Source: the human T2T-CHM13v2.0 reference genome, Homo sapiens
Reading direction: 5' to 3' (one strand)
Assembly (NCBI RefSeq): GCF_009914755.1
Contig: NC_060942.1
DNA length: 64,000 bases
The notes below the pieces were generated by a model, which saw only the letters and a program-made list of their open reading frames with translations, searched no databases and was not told where the DNA came from. A program made the translations under genes and the position numbers. Below are positions 26,131-38,280 of this stretch, one piece after another. Within the stretch, counting starts at the first letter, position 1. Each line of letters opens with the position of its first letter.

Positions 26131-27343
26131 TGATCGGGCTGGTCTTGAACTCCTGACCTCAGGTGATCCGTCTGCCTTGGCCTCCCAAAGTGCTGGAATT
26201 ACAGGCGTTCTACCGCGCCTGACGCTTCCTTCCTTCCTTCCTTCTTTATTTCTTTCATTCTTTCTTTCTGTGTTTGTTTGGAAACAGGGTCTCACCGTTT
26301 TGCCCAGGCTGGAATGCATTGGTGCCATCAAGGCTCACTGCAGCCTTGGGCTCAATCTACCCTCCTGCTTCAGCCTCTGGAGTAGCTGGGGCCACAGGCA
26401 TGCACCACTATTCCCGGCTAATTTTTAAATTTTTTGTAGAGATGGGGGTCTCCTTATGTTGCTCAGGCCAGTCTTGAACTCCTGTCCTCACACAATCCTC
26501 CCACTTCAGCCTTCCACAGTGCTGGGATTACAGGTGTGAGCCACCTTGCCTGGTTTGGGTCATAGATTTTTTATTCCTTTATCATCATTTTAATAAGGCT
26601 TTGGGAGGGAGCAGAGATAAGTGATATCAAGAACACTTTTTATTTAGATATTTATTGAGTGCCTACTGGGTACAAAGAATCCTACTAGTTGCTCTTGCAG
26701 AGGTTGGTTTCAGAGAAGTGAATATTTAAAAAATTGACTAACATATGATTCATATCTAAAATATTTTTAAAATTGATTTCAAGCTAGGCATTTGTCACAC
26801 ATGTTTATATATTCAAATTTAGTTTTCAATATGGTTATTTCTTTGGATATTGTAGGGTCTGGTGGCTGAGCATGAGAGTGGGTATTAGATGCTTTTGAAT
26901 TTATATCTTGGTTTTCACCGATTAACAGTAAGGCAAATATGCATTTATTCATTAACTCATACGATAAACGCAATTTAGTGCCTGCTTTCTGTACAACATG
27001 GTACTGGTGTTTTGAGATTTGCCTAAATGGGATTAGTGACACTGACACTACTGATTATTTTTAGAAAGGCCATTTTCTCTTGGTTTTCATGATACTACCG
27101 TCTCTTTGTTTCCTACATTTCTTTCTGGTCTCCTTGATGAGCTGCTCTCTCTCTGCCCCTTAAATTCTTGTTCTTTAGGATCTAAATTTGTCTTTTCTGA
27201 CCAGCCCCTTTACCAATTTAATAAAGTGTCCCTTCTTGATTCAGGGAGTAGATATCACCACACCATTCTTATCCCAGGAAATTATATTTGAATGTTTACT
27301 GGTTGCTTTCTTCCCCCCATCCCAGTAGACTGTAGGCTCCTTA

Positions 27344-27768
<425 letters not shown>

Positions 27769-27809
27769 ATTCATATTCTGATCCAGAAGTTTTGGAGTGG
27801 GACTGCTTT

Positions 27810-29245
<1,436 letters not shown>

Positions 29246-30289
29246 ATTTGTATCACAAGCTTCTATGTTTTATTTCTGATGCTGCTGGTGATCTTCTGGT
29301 AGCAAAGATATGAAATAGAGATTTTTCTCCAACTCCGTTTTAAATTTAGTGTTTAATACAAATAAGACTATACGTAATCTGTATACCTCTGCCACTTTCT
29401 TTTTCTTAACCTGAATGTAAGAATCCTCTATAATGCTCTAAGGCCAAAGAATTATGTCATTGTTTTTAATTTGGCTGCACAATTAAAAACAAACAAAAAA
29501 ATAATTAGAGTCAATGCACGATAATGGTTTTTGGAAAACTGGAATTGATCCACACATTCATGTGTATGCACAAAAGAATCCTAAAACAAAGTCATGTTTG
29601 TTTATTCTCATGTGTCATTATACGTACTTTTCAAAAGTTACTACTCTGCCTTGGTGAACCTTTTATATTACAAAATATCGACTGTGTTAGCTAATTAATA
29701 AGGTCATTGACTAGTTTTTAAAATGAGTGTTGTTAAAATGCCTTAGTTTTTATTAATCGCATGGGCTCCTAAAAAAAGAGTAATTGAAAATTTAATTACA
29801 TCAGTGCTTTTCTTCAAATAACTGAAGCTTATTAAACTTCAAATGTTCAAACATTTAAGCATCTATTGAAATACCAATAGCTATAAAAAATGTGCAGTTC
29901 TAAACACTAATTAAACAAACTCTAAATAACCATAAAGCTAAGCTGAATTTTAAATAACTCTTACGTTTTAAGTGCTCTGTTCCGCTCATATACAAGGAAG
30001 ATTAACCCCTTCAATTCTGACCACTGCTACAGCCCTGTGGGCATCTCTTAAAATGCTGTGGCTGCTATTGAACCACTTTCTTCTTATACTTGGACCAAAA
30101 AGGAGAGACTAATTAGACAACCTGGAACATGTTGCTAATGCCACATTAGTACTCTTGGAACCTTTTTTTTAAAAAAAACTAACTGAGAATATACAGACAT
30201 AAATTTGTGTATTTCATGTTTTGTGTGAAAACATACTTGCTTTCTTTTGTAAAAATAATGTTTGTTAGGTTTTACTTTTAATTTAATTT

Positions 30290-31146
30290 TTTTTGGAGAC
30301 AGAGTCCCTCTTTGTCACCCAGGCTGGAGTACAGTAGCAAAACCTTCGCTCACTGCAACCTCCGCCTCCCAGGTTCAAGTTTTTCTCCTGTCTCAGCCTC
30401 CTGAGTAGCTGAGATTACAGGCGTCCGCCACCATGCCCGGCTAATTTTTGTATTTTTTAGTAGAGATGGAGTTTCACCATGTTGGCCAGGCTGGCCTCAA
30501 ACTCCTGACTTCAAGTGATCTGCCCGCCTCGGCCTCCCAAAATGCTGAGGTTACAGGTGTGAGCCACCACGCCTGGCCAGGTTTTAATTTTAAATACTCA
30601 AAGTATAAATTTCACCACCCAAATACATCCTATAAACATTTTAAAAAATTGATATGACCTTCTACTTTCAACTGAGATGGCATAATTGGCACCAGACCAG
30701 GTCTCCTGTAAGAAACTGGAAAACTGGACTAAACATATGAGTAAACTCTTTTCAAGCATTGGATTATGTGATTTTTGGACAACGTAATTATGAGAGAAGG
30801 CCTTCTATTTGGAAGCAATAACTAGATTCTGGTTCTGGAAGGAGAACCCCAAAAAAGCGGCTGGGCACTGTGGCTCATGCCTATAATCCCAGCACTTTGG
30901 GAGGCCCAGGTAGGTGGATCACCTGAAGGTCAGGCATTTGAGACTAATCTCACCAACATGGTGAAACCTCATCTCTACTAAAAATATAAAAAATTAGCTG
31001 GGCATGGTGGTGGGCGCCTGTAATGCCAGCTACTCGGGAGGCTAATTGCTTGAACTGGGGTGGGTGGAGGTTATAGTGAACCGAGATTGCTCCATTGCAC
31101 TCCAGCCTGGGCAACCGAAGAGCGAAACTTCAAAAAAAAAAAAAAA
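30290..31146. mobile_element. Two Alus: 30290-30577 (-) and 30859-31146 (+)
   Basis: Alu consensus motifs. Confidence 0.93.
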
Positions 31147-31542
31147 TGAACAGCAGTTTTGCTAAGATGAAGCGATAGAGATTGGAGTTTGGGAAGACTG
31201 AGTTGCTTAGAACTGGGAGGGAAGAGTTTCAGAGAGGAGGAGCTATGCAAAAAAAGAGCTCCACAATTATTGATTTTTGGCTGAATACTGAGCTGCACAT
31301 ACATAGAGGAAAAACATATGAAGCTGCTCTCATAACATTTAGAGACATTTGCATTATGACTGACTTAAGTGGAGAAATCTTGTGGGACAGAAGAGCATTT
31401 AGTAGAGCTCCAAGTAAGGCTATGCATAAGAGTAAGCAAAGCCAGGCACAGCCTAGAATAAAGGCTACTTTAGATATCCCTTACCTAACAAAGCTTAACA
31501 ACAAGCTCTGATATGAAGAAACTGATTTGCAAGTAACTAAAC

Positions 31543-32038
31543 TGTAGAGGGACGAGACGCGGACAAAACCCCTCAGACACCGGGTTAAAGAAGGAAGTGG
31601 CTTTATTTGGCTGGGAGTGTCAGCAGACTTGCGTCTTAAGAACTGAGCTCCCTAAAAAAGAAATTATTGGCCCTTTTAAGGGCTTACAACACTAAGGGGA
31701 CCACGTTAAAAGGTCATGATAGATCAAGCAAACATGGGGGACATAACTAAGGGCTACATGCATTAGCTAACACAACAGAAAGTTTTGCAATGCTTCCTCA
31801 TACAATGTCTGGAATTTACAGATAACACAAGTAGTTTAGGTCAGGGGTAGATTTTTTAATTTTTTTCTTTAACTACAAGGACCAGGTGGTGGCTCCAGGC
31901 CATCTGGCTATTTATCTTACTTTTGTTTCCTTTTAACTTTTCGCTTTCTCCCTTTCCTCACGTCTTAAAAACTAGGCAAGGTGGCAGGGGCGGTGGGGGT
32001 GGGGGTGGGTAGCAGGAGAAGTGGTGGTCCCCACCTCA
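31543..32038 (-). mobile_element. ERV 3' LTR (LTR10/HERV-I-like)
   Basis: TG...CA ends, purine tract AGGGGAAA just upstream on - strand, AATAAA (-) at 31602-31607. Confidence 0.75.
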
Positions 32039-32618
32039 TTTCCCCTGTAGAGAATCTCACTTATTATGGGGAGTTCTCACTTTCATCATCAGTTTTTAAG
32101 TCTCTGTACATGATAGAGTGACAGCGATTCATGTAATACACTTGTGTTGAAGTTTTCTGATAAACAAAGGTAGCAACAAAAACTTTTATCATTTGTAGGA
32201 GCAAGGGTAATACACAGGGGAAGAGCAAGCAACTTCCTATTACTAGCAATAAACTTACAATGAGGGTTTTAAATTCTCCCCTAGCTGAAAGACATTTTTC
32301 AAATACAGACATAGGATTAAACCTCTGCCAAACCTATACAGGCATATGTGCCAACTTTGTCACATCCCTGACCATATTTTTGACCACCAATTTTTGAAAA
32401 TCTATTGGCAGACAGCAATTGCTCAAGTTGAATTTTTCACAGACCTGATATTCAGGTGAGAGAAAATAGTCCAAGGCCAGTCTATTTTGATAAATGGCAT
32501 TTTTTATTTGGGCTTTCTGCTAGGTAAAAAAGTCAAAACACTGCCAGTTTTGTCAGTGATTATTTTTAGGAGGGCCTGCAACCGTATGATATGATTGAGA
32601 ATGTAGATGGGGGTTTGC
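32039..32618 (-). pseudogene. Decayed ERV env TM-subunit fragment (ERV3/HERV-I class)
   Basis: TPIYILNHIIRLQALLKIIT, immunosuppressive domain AIYQNRLALDYF, CEKFNLSNCC and hydrophobic anchor FKTLIVSLLLVIGSCLLFPC; contains an in-frame stop and apparent frameshifts. Confidence 0.88.
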
Positions 32619-33469
32619 TACTAAGAATATAAGTTTTTAAGAGCTACACACTTGAACTTCAGGGAGTCTGCGGAAAGAGCTACAGTTATCTTCAGGCATT
32701 AACATTTTTCCTTTCTAAGTCTACTGGTCTTGTATGTTAGTCCTTCCAAAAATATAATATGAGGAAATGCATAGGCTGCTGGCACTATTTTCAGCCACTT
32801 GAGCAAATAGGATTTTGGCTCAGCCCTCTAAGAAGCGGGGACCACAGGGGCCGTGCCACCACGCCGGGCTCATTTTGGTATCTTTTGTGGAGACGGGGTT
32901 TCTCCGTTTGGCCCAGCCTGTTCTCCACCTCCTGGGCTGCAGCGATCTGCTTTCCTCGGCCTCCCAGAGGAGGATGGCCGACGATTACAGGATCATGCCC
33001 GGCCTTTTCCCTAAAAGAAAACACCAACAGCAACAAAACATTTTGCGTAGTCGGAGTTATCAGTGTCAACTGGTGGATTGAGAGTTTGTGTCTAAGAAGT
33101 CCTTCCTTATGCACTGGATGATTTCAAAAGAAAGGAGAAAAGACAAAAGGGAATCTCACATCTTGTACCTGATTTATGATTGCAACTAGGGCGTTATTTA
33201 AAAGACGATCAGTGAACCACCAAAGTAGAATTGATCCGAATGCGTTCATATTATCTTCTGAATTCTGAGGTGTCCTCCAAGCAGGGAGGCAGTGGCTGGG
33301 TGTGGGAGGCAAAAATCACAGGGCCAGCACTTGACACCTGCAGGATTCGGAGGCTCAACTTTGCACCAAGCCAAGGGTTCTGGTGTCCGTCGCAAGTTTC
33401 GTTCCCCAACCCGCATTGACTTTGCATTGGCCCTCCTCCCCCCAGATTTTATCCGTAAGGCAAGTCCTG

Positions 33470-35580
33470 AGTTTATCGTCGGGAGAATCTTCCCTTGTAG
33501 TCTCGAATTGCCTTGGCCATCAGCGGGGCCACTTTCTTGGCAGCCTGTTTTCGGGTTTTGTCCGCGGGCGCCGCGTGCCGGTTGCTGCTGCCGCCGCCGC
33601 TCCCGCTGCCGCCGTCGCCGTCCCCGAGGCCGGAGGGAGCCTGGCTGCTTCCTGCGGGCTTGGGGGCTGGCTCCATCTCTCCATTTCCGGGGTCAGCGGC
33701 TCCTGGAGACTTCTCTTGCCTCCTGGAAGCATCATAAGGCGTCTTGGCCACAGAGTTGAAACAGATCATCTTTGTCTGTCGGCCGCTGGGTTTGTTTTCA
33801 CGTGCGGATCGGATTTTCGTGGTCACTACTCGCAGCCGCTGCTCTCGGGCGTCCCGAAGCCGCAGGTACAGCTCCCGCCAAGACTCGTGCTCCTGTGGCT
33901 TTTCTTCCTTGAAGTCCTGGAGGCAATGAATCCTCCATAATTCATCTGTCTCTCGAGCGAGTGCGGCATTGTCTTTCTCTGTGCGGTACAGCTGATCGGG
34001 CGTCCACCCTTCCAGAACGGGTTCAAGAACCGAGTAGGGGACCCCTTCCACGTCGCCGAGGGCGTCCGGATTGTTCCTAGGCACCCGGAGGCACTGCTGG
34101 CGCAGCGTCGGCACCTGGAGCTGGCAGGCAGGCCTGGAGCCCGAGTACACCGGCATCTTAGCGTTCACTCTGCGTCCAGGGAAAGCAGCTTCCTCCTGGA
34201 GCGCTGGCGCGGAGAGTGCTTCTGGGTTTGCCTGGGAGGTCATGGCCTCAAAAGCGGACAGCAGATCGTAGTTGGCCTGCATCCAGGCCTCTGAGGGGTC
34301 CCAGAGCTCCGAGAAGACATGGCTGGGCACCGTTTTCGGCCCGGCGGAATCAGCGCCGGCCGCCTGCAGCCTCTCTGACTGGCTTTCCTGGACAGGAGGC
34401 GATTTCTGAGCCGAAGCCCCGCGGGACGATTTGTGCCCCTTGCTGTGGCTCCCCACCGCTTCCCCCTGGGGTTGGCCCTGGCAGCCTTGACCCAGCAGAG
34501 GCCCGCCCTGAGCGGCGTGAGCGTGGCCTCTTCCGGGTTGCTCCCCGGGCACAGCGGGCTCAGGACCCTCGGGCATCGGGAGGGGAGCGGTGCGCGTTGG
34601 AGGGTCCCGATGGGGGCCGGAATCAGCTGGGGCCATTCTGGGGCGCTTTCTCTCGGCTCTGGGCTCGCGACTGGGAGACCTCGGGTGAGGTCTCTGTTGC
34701 CCCGGAGGTGTTCTGCGTGCTGTCCGTCTGTGCTCAGGGCTGTGAGATGGGCTCCTGGGGGCCGTCGCGTTTTCTGGGAAGCCCCAGGCCTTTTCCCGCT
34801 CCTGAAGAGCCTCCCCGAAGCGCTGTCGGGAAGCGCTCTCCTCAGGGTCCTGCGGGTCAGGCCCGGTGTTTCGGTCCACGAGCACCAGCTTCTTCCACCG
34901 GGCCGCTAAGTCTCTGGCAAAGTCGCCCACGTGCTGGTGCTTCCGCAGGCGCTTCACCGTCTTTCTGATTCCAGTCTCCGCCAGGATGTCTGCGGTCATG
35001 GGCAAGGCGGAGAGTTTCTGCAAATATTTCTCTAGCTTTTTCGGCTCCGTCTTAGTGGCCAGACGCACCTGCAGCTTCCCCACTGCGCGCAGCGTAGTGG
35101 ACCCTGCCGCCATCTCGCCAGAGCTGTGCAGGCGTCGCTGTCCTCGCGGTCGCGGCTCTGTCCGAGCTCGGGGCGGCGGCACAGGCAGTCTGGGGTGGCC
35201 GGTCCTCGCTGCCCGGTCGCCAGGCGGCGACCTCGGGATGTGGAGTCACAGCCTGGAGCGAGCTGGGTCCTCGGAGCAGCGGGCCACTTGGTCTGGAACG
35301 CCGGTCCTTGCAGACAGCTGAGCAGGCCCGCTTCTGTTCCTCGGGATGTGCGGCCGCAGCCTGGAGTGTGACCTGTGCGGTGCGCCGTCCAAGGCGGAGT
35401 GAAGCTCCGCTGCCAGAGCCCGGCCTTATATAGCCAGCCCCGGGCCCACCCAGGGCTCAAGCCCTGACCCCCCTGGGCCCCTGGGCTGCCCCGCCCCGAT
35501 AGGAATTCATTCCGTCAGCCCAACGCAGCCAATCGGGGCGGTCCACGCCAGGTGGACTGCTGTGCCCCGCGGGGTCATTA
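33470..35580. other. CpG island covering the ELOA3 gene body and promoter (repeated in every unit); NotI site at 35350-35357
   Basis: Visibly high GC and CpG density compared with the CpG-poor flank. Confidence 0.85.
33473..35113 (-). CDS. ELOA3: Elongin A3, copy 1 (546 aa, intronless; S301, P470, G504 variant)
   Basis: ATG at 35113 in strong Kozak context (GAGATGG); the ORF-track start at 35182 is a GTG. Protein has an N-terminal TFIIS-N-like domain (ILAETGIRKTVKRLRKH...WKKLV), a BC-box TLRQQCLRV, VPYSVLEPVLE, and an Elongin A-type C-terminus KKVAPLMAK. Confidence 0.97.
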   Translation of the reverse strand: MAAGSTTLRAVGKLQVRLATKTEPKKLEKYLQKLSALPMTADILAETGIRKTVKRLRKHQHVGDFARDLAARWKKLVLVDRNTGPDPQDPEESASRQRFGEALQEREKAWGFPENATAPRSPSHSPEHRRTARRTPPGQQRPHPRSPSREPRAERKRPRMAPADSGPHRDPPTRTAPLPMPEGPEPAVPGEQPGRGHAHAAQGGPLLGQGCQGQPQGEAVGSHSKGHKSSRGASAQKSPPVQESQSERLQAAGADSAGPKTVPSHVFSELWDPSEAWMQANYDLLSAFEAMTSQANPEALSAPALQEEAAFPGRRVNAKMPVYSGSRPACQLQVPTLRQQCLRVPRNNPDALGDVEGVPYSVLEPVLEGWTPDQLYRTEKDNAALARETDELWRIHCLQDFKEEKPQEHESWRELYLRLRDAREQRLRVVTTKIRSARENKPSGRQTKMICFNSVAKTPYDASRRQEKSPGAADPGNGEMEPAPKPAGSSQAPSGLGDGDGGSGSGGGSSNRHAAPADKTRKQAAKKVAPLMAKAIRDYKGRFSRR

Positions 35581-35590
35581 GGTTAATTGC
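35420..35590 (-). promoter_or_regulatory. ELOA3 core promoter, unit 1
   Basis: TATATAA on - strand at 35426-35432, GC boxes at 35488-35497 and 35535-35541, CCAAT at 35529-35533. No upstream ATG between the inferred TSS (~35400) and the start codon. Confidence 0.8.
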
Positions 35591-35779
35591 AGCCTGGACA
35601 CACCCCACTGAGTTCTACCGTTGGCCCTCCATGTACCCAGCTTCCACATCTGTGGATTCCAAAAGACACAGAGAGAATCTTCTTGGGAGTAAAAGCGAAA
35701 ATAACAACACCGCAAGACAGAATCGTAGGAAGAAGAACCAACAGAGGATGACAACTCTTTACCTGGCATTGACGTTGTG

Positions 35780-36635
35780 TGAGGGGACTTGGAAACATTG
35801 GTAGAAAAGTGGGATTAAGGGAGAAAGAGGAAAAAGGCGTATTTTACTCCTCAACCTCGGCTCCATCAGCATCAAGACCCTTCTGGAAGCAGTGTCTTTT
35901 CCCCGCCGTCTAGCCCATCCCTTAAAGCCCCCAGGGTCCTGGGAATTTAACTATTTCCATGCAATCTTTTTTCCATTGTTAACTGAAGAAAACTGGGTGC
36001 CCCTTACAGGTTTTCCAAGACAAGGAAACAAAGAGAAGTCAGCAGGCGCCAAATCAGGATTGTCAGGTGGACGCCTCACGGTTTCCCATGGCAAGTCTTG
36101 CCCAGCTGCCCTTGTTCGAAGAAAGGCATGATCAGGAACACTGTCGTGGTGGAGAAGAAGTCTCTGGTGGGGACCTTCTTCGCTCCAGCTTTGGCTAACT
36201 TTCTGAAAACGCTCTGCTAGCGAGCAGATGTGATCAGGGTTTGGCCCTGCAGAAAGTCAACCAGCAGAATCCCTCTAGCATCCCCCCCCCCCCCCCGCCC
36301 CCAACGGTGGCCATGACCTCTGCTCTTGACTGCTCCTCTGCAGCTTCGACTGGAGCACTGCCACCTCTTGGTAGCCATGGCTTCGTGCTTGGTCTTCAGG
36401 ATCCTGCCGGTAGAGCCAGGTTTCATCTCCTGTGACCAATCTTGGAAGAAATGCTTCAGGATCTTGCTCCCACCGGTTGTTTAAAATCTCCTCGGAAAGG
36501 CTTGCTCTGGCCTGCAGCTGATATTGGTGCCACGGTTTGGGCAGCCGAGTTCCACTCTCACCTTTCAGTCCAAATGAGGAAAACAGAACCATTTGAAGTG
36601 TCTATGGTGTCGGCTATTGTTTCTGCTGTCGGCGG
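35780..36635 (-). mobile_element. Hsmar2 mariner transposon remnant, 5'-truncated and frameshifted, unit 1
   Basis: Translated fragments EILNNRWEQDPEAFLPRLVTGDETWLY, GILLVDFLQGQTLITSA, LLLHHDSVP and DNPDLAPADFSLFP match mariner transposase motifs (TGDETW, HHDNA, YSPDLAP). A TIR-like end TGAGGGGACTTGGAAAC lies at 35780. Confidence 0.88.
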
Positions 36636-36670
36636 CGATTTCGCGTAATGTTTACATTCTCACATGACTT

Positions 36671-36685
36671 TCTCTCTCTCTCTCT

Positions 36686-36735
<50 letters not shown>
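36671..36735. repeat. (TC)8-A-(GT)n microsatellite; GT count 24, 23, 23, 23, 24 in units 1-5
   Basis: Counted directly. Confidence 0.95.
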
Positions 36736-36736
<1 letters not shown>

Positions 36737-37552
36737 TCTTCTGCAGAAAGATAATCGTTATAGCCTGAGAATCGGGGAATGGGGATTCGGGTGTTAAGCC
36801 TTTTCTGAGAATTACCCTCCGTGTTGTGCAGAGAAATAAGTAAATTTGCTGTGTTTCCAGACTTCCAGCTGCCTCACGAAGAGGATCGTAGTGCAATACT
36901 GGCGATGCCTCCAGAGCTCCCTGAATGAGGTTTATCTTGTAAATAGGTGGGAAGAGAATTGAGCTGTCCTGGGTCAGTGTAGTAATGTTACAGCAGGATC
37001 CTTAGGTTGATGCTGAATTCTATCTGGGGTAGATTTATATTTTGTGCGGGGGTTGTTTCCTTTCTGTGTTTTCGAGCGGGATTGTCGCTGTGGGAGCAGG
37101 GATCTGCTAAGGTTTGTCTCGTTCTCCAGTAATGAATGAGTTTAATGGGTGCAGCCGCTGTTTTCAGTAGCATGCCAGTGGGGGCATCGATGAGCTATGA
37201 GGGGCTAGAGCTTGCTCGGATTGTTTCCTTGTGTTTGTGTTTTGAGATGCGTTTGCTTGTGTCATGTTTGTTTTCCATTTTGGCAGGGGAAAGGTTTTCC
37301 AGGAAGAAAGGTTGTTGCCAGTGGATTTGGTTCCGAGGGGCTGGGGTTTCTGGCTGGGAGTGGGGAGGGGCTGCACGGTGATCGGTGGCTACTCCACCTC
37401 CAGAAAGAGCGTGTGGCTTCTCTGCCTCGGGGAGGATATTCTGCTCTCTTGTGAGTTTTGCAAGCCACCCGAGATTCTCTCTTGAATTGCTGTCAAGAAA
37501 TAGAGACCGGCGTTGTCTCTGGCCCTCGCTGGGGAAGCTTTTCTGAGGTTTT

Positions 37553-37848
<296 letters not shown>

Positions 37849-38180
37849 ATGTCTGAGTTTCACAGGGTCGCTGATTGGATTATGTCCCCTTCCCCGGCAC
37901 GAATGCTTTTCTGTCTTCCTTAAGGGTAGTATCTCTGTGGCACCCTGTTCTGGCTCCTTACGTGTTCTTCAGGCTTGAAGGCCTCTTTTCACGTGCACCG
38001 GCATCCACTCAGGTGCCTGCTTCCAGAAGCTTCCCAGCACCCACTCTGCTGACAGCCAAGGGCACAGGACTTTGATCTCTTCTGCTGCCCTTGCTGGGTT
38101 TTGCCTTGCGGCTTAGGTCTTTCTATTTCTCTCTCTATCCCTCACTGTCGGTAACGCCTAAGAACCAAGTTTACTTAATG

Positions 38181-38280
38181 GTGTGTGTGTGTGTGTGCGC
38201 GCGCGCGTCCGTGTGCGTGCTCATGTGTGCGTGTGCGTGTGTGTGTGCGTGTCTTTCTTTGTGTGTATGTGTGTGTGTCG
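38181..38280. repeat. (GT)8(GC)5 followed by mixed TG/CG tract, one per unit
   Basis: Read directly. Confidence 0.9.

Noticed and set aside
32064-32312. 82-aa hydrophobic ORF as a novel membrane microprotein
   Set aside because: It is the anchor and tail of a decayed ERV env.
34216-34968. 250-aa antisense ORF and other 140-185-aa overlapping ORFs in each unit
   Set aside because: Shadow frames of GC-rich coding DNA with no recognisable domain; they recur only because the unit is duplicated.
35114-35182. 569-aa ELOA3 with a 23-aa N-terminal extension
   Set aside because: Starts at GTG; the first ATG (35113) has strong Kozak context and gives 546 aa.
35541-35557. GTCCAC-N5-GTGGAC inverted repeat / CTCF-like site in the ELOA3 promoter
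   Set aside because: Mismatches in the GGCRC part of the CTCF core; a 6-bp inverted repeat is expected by chance in GC-rich DNA.
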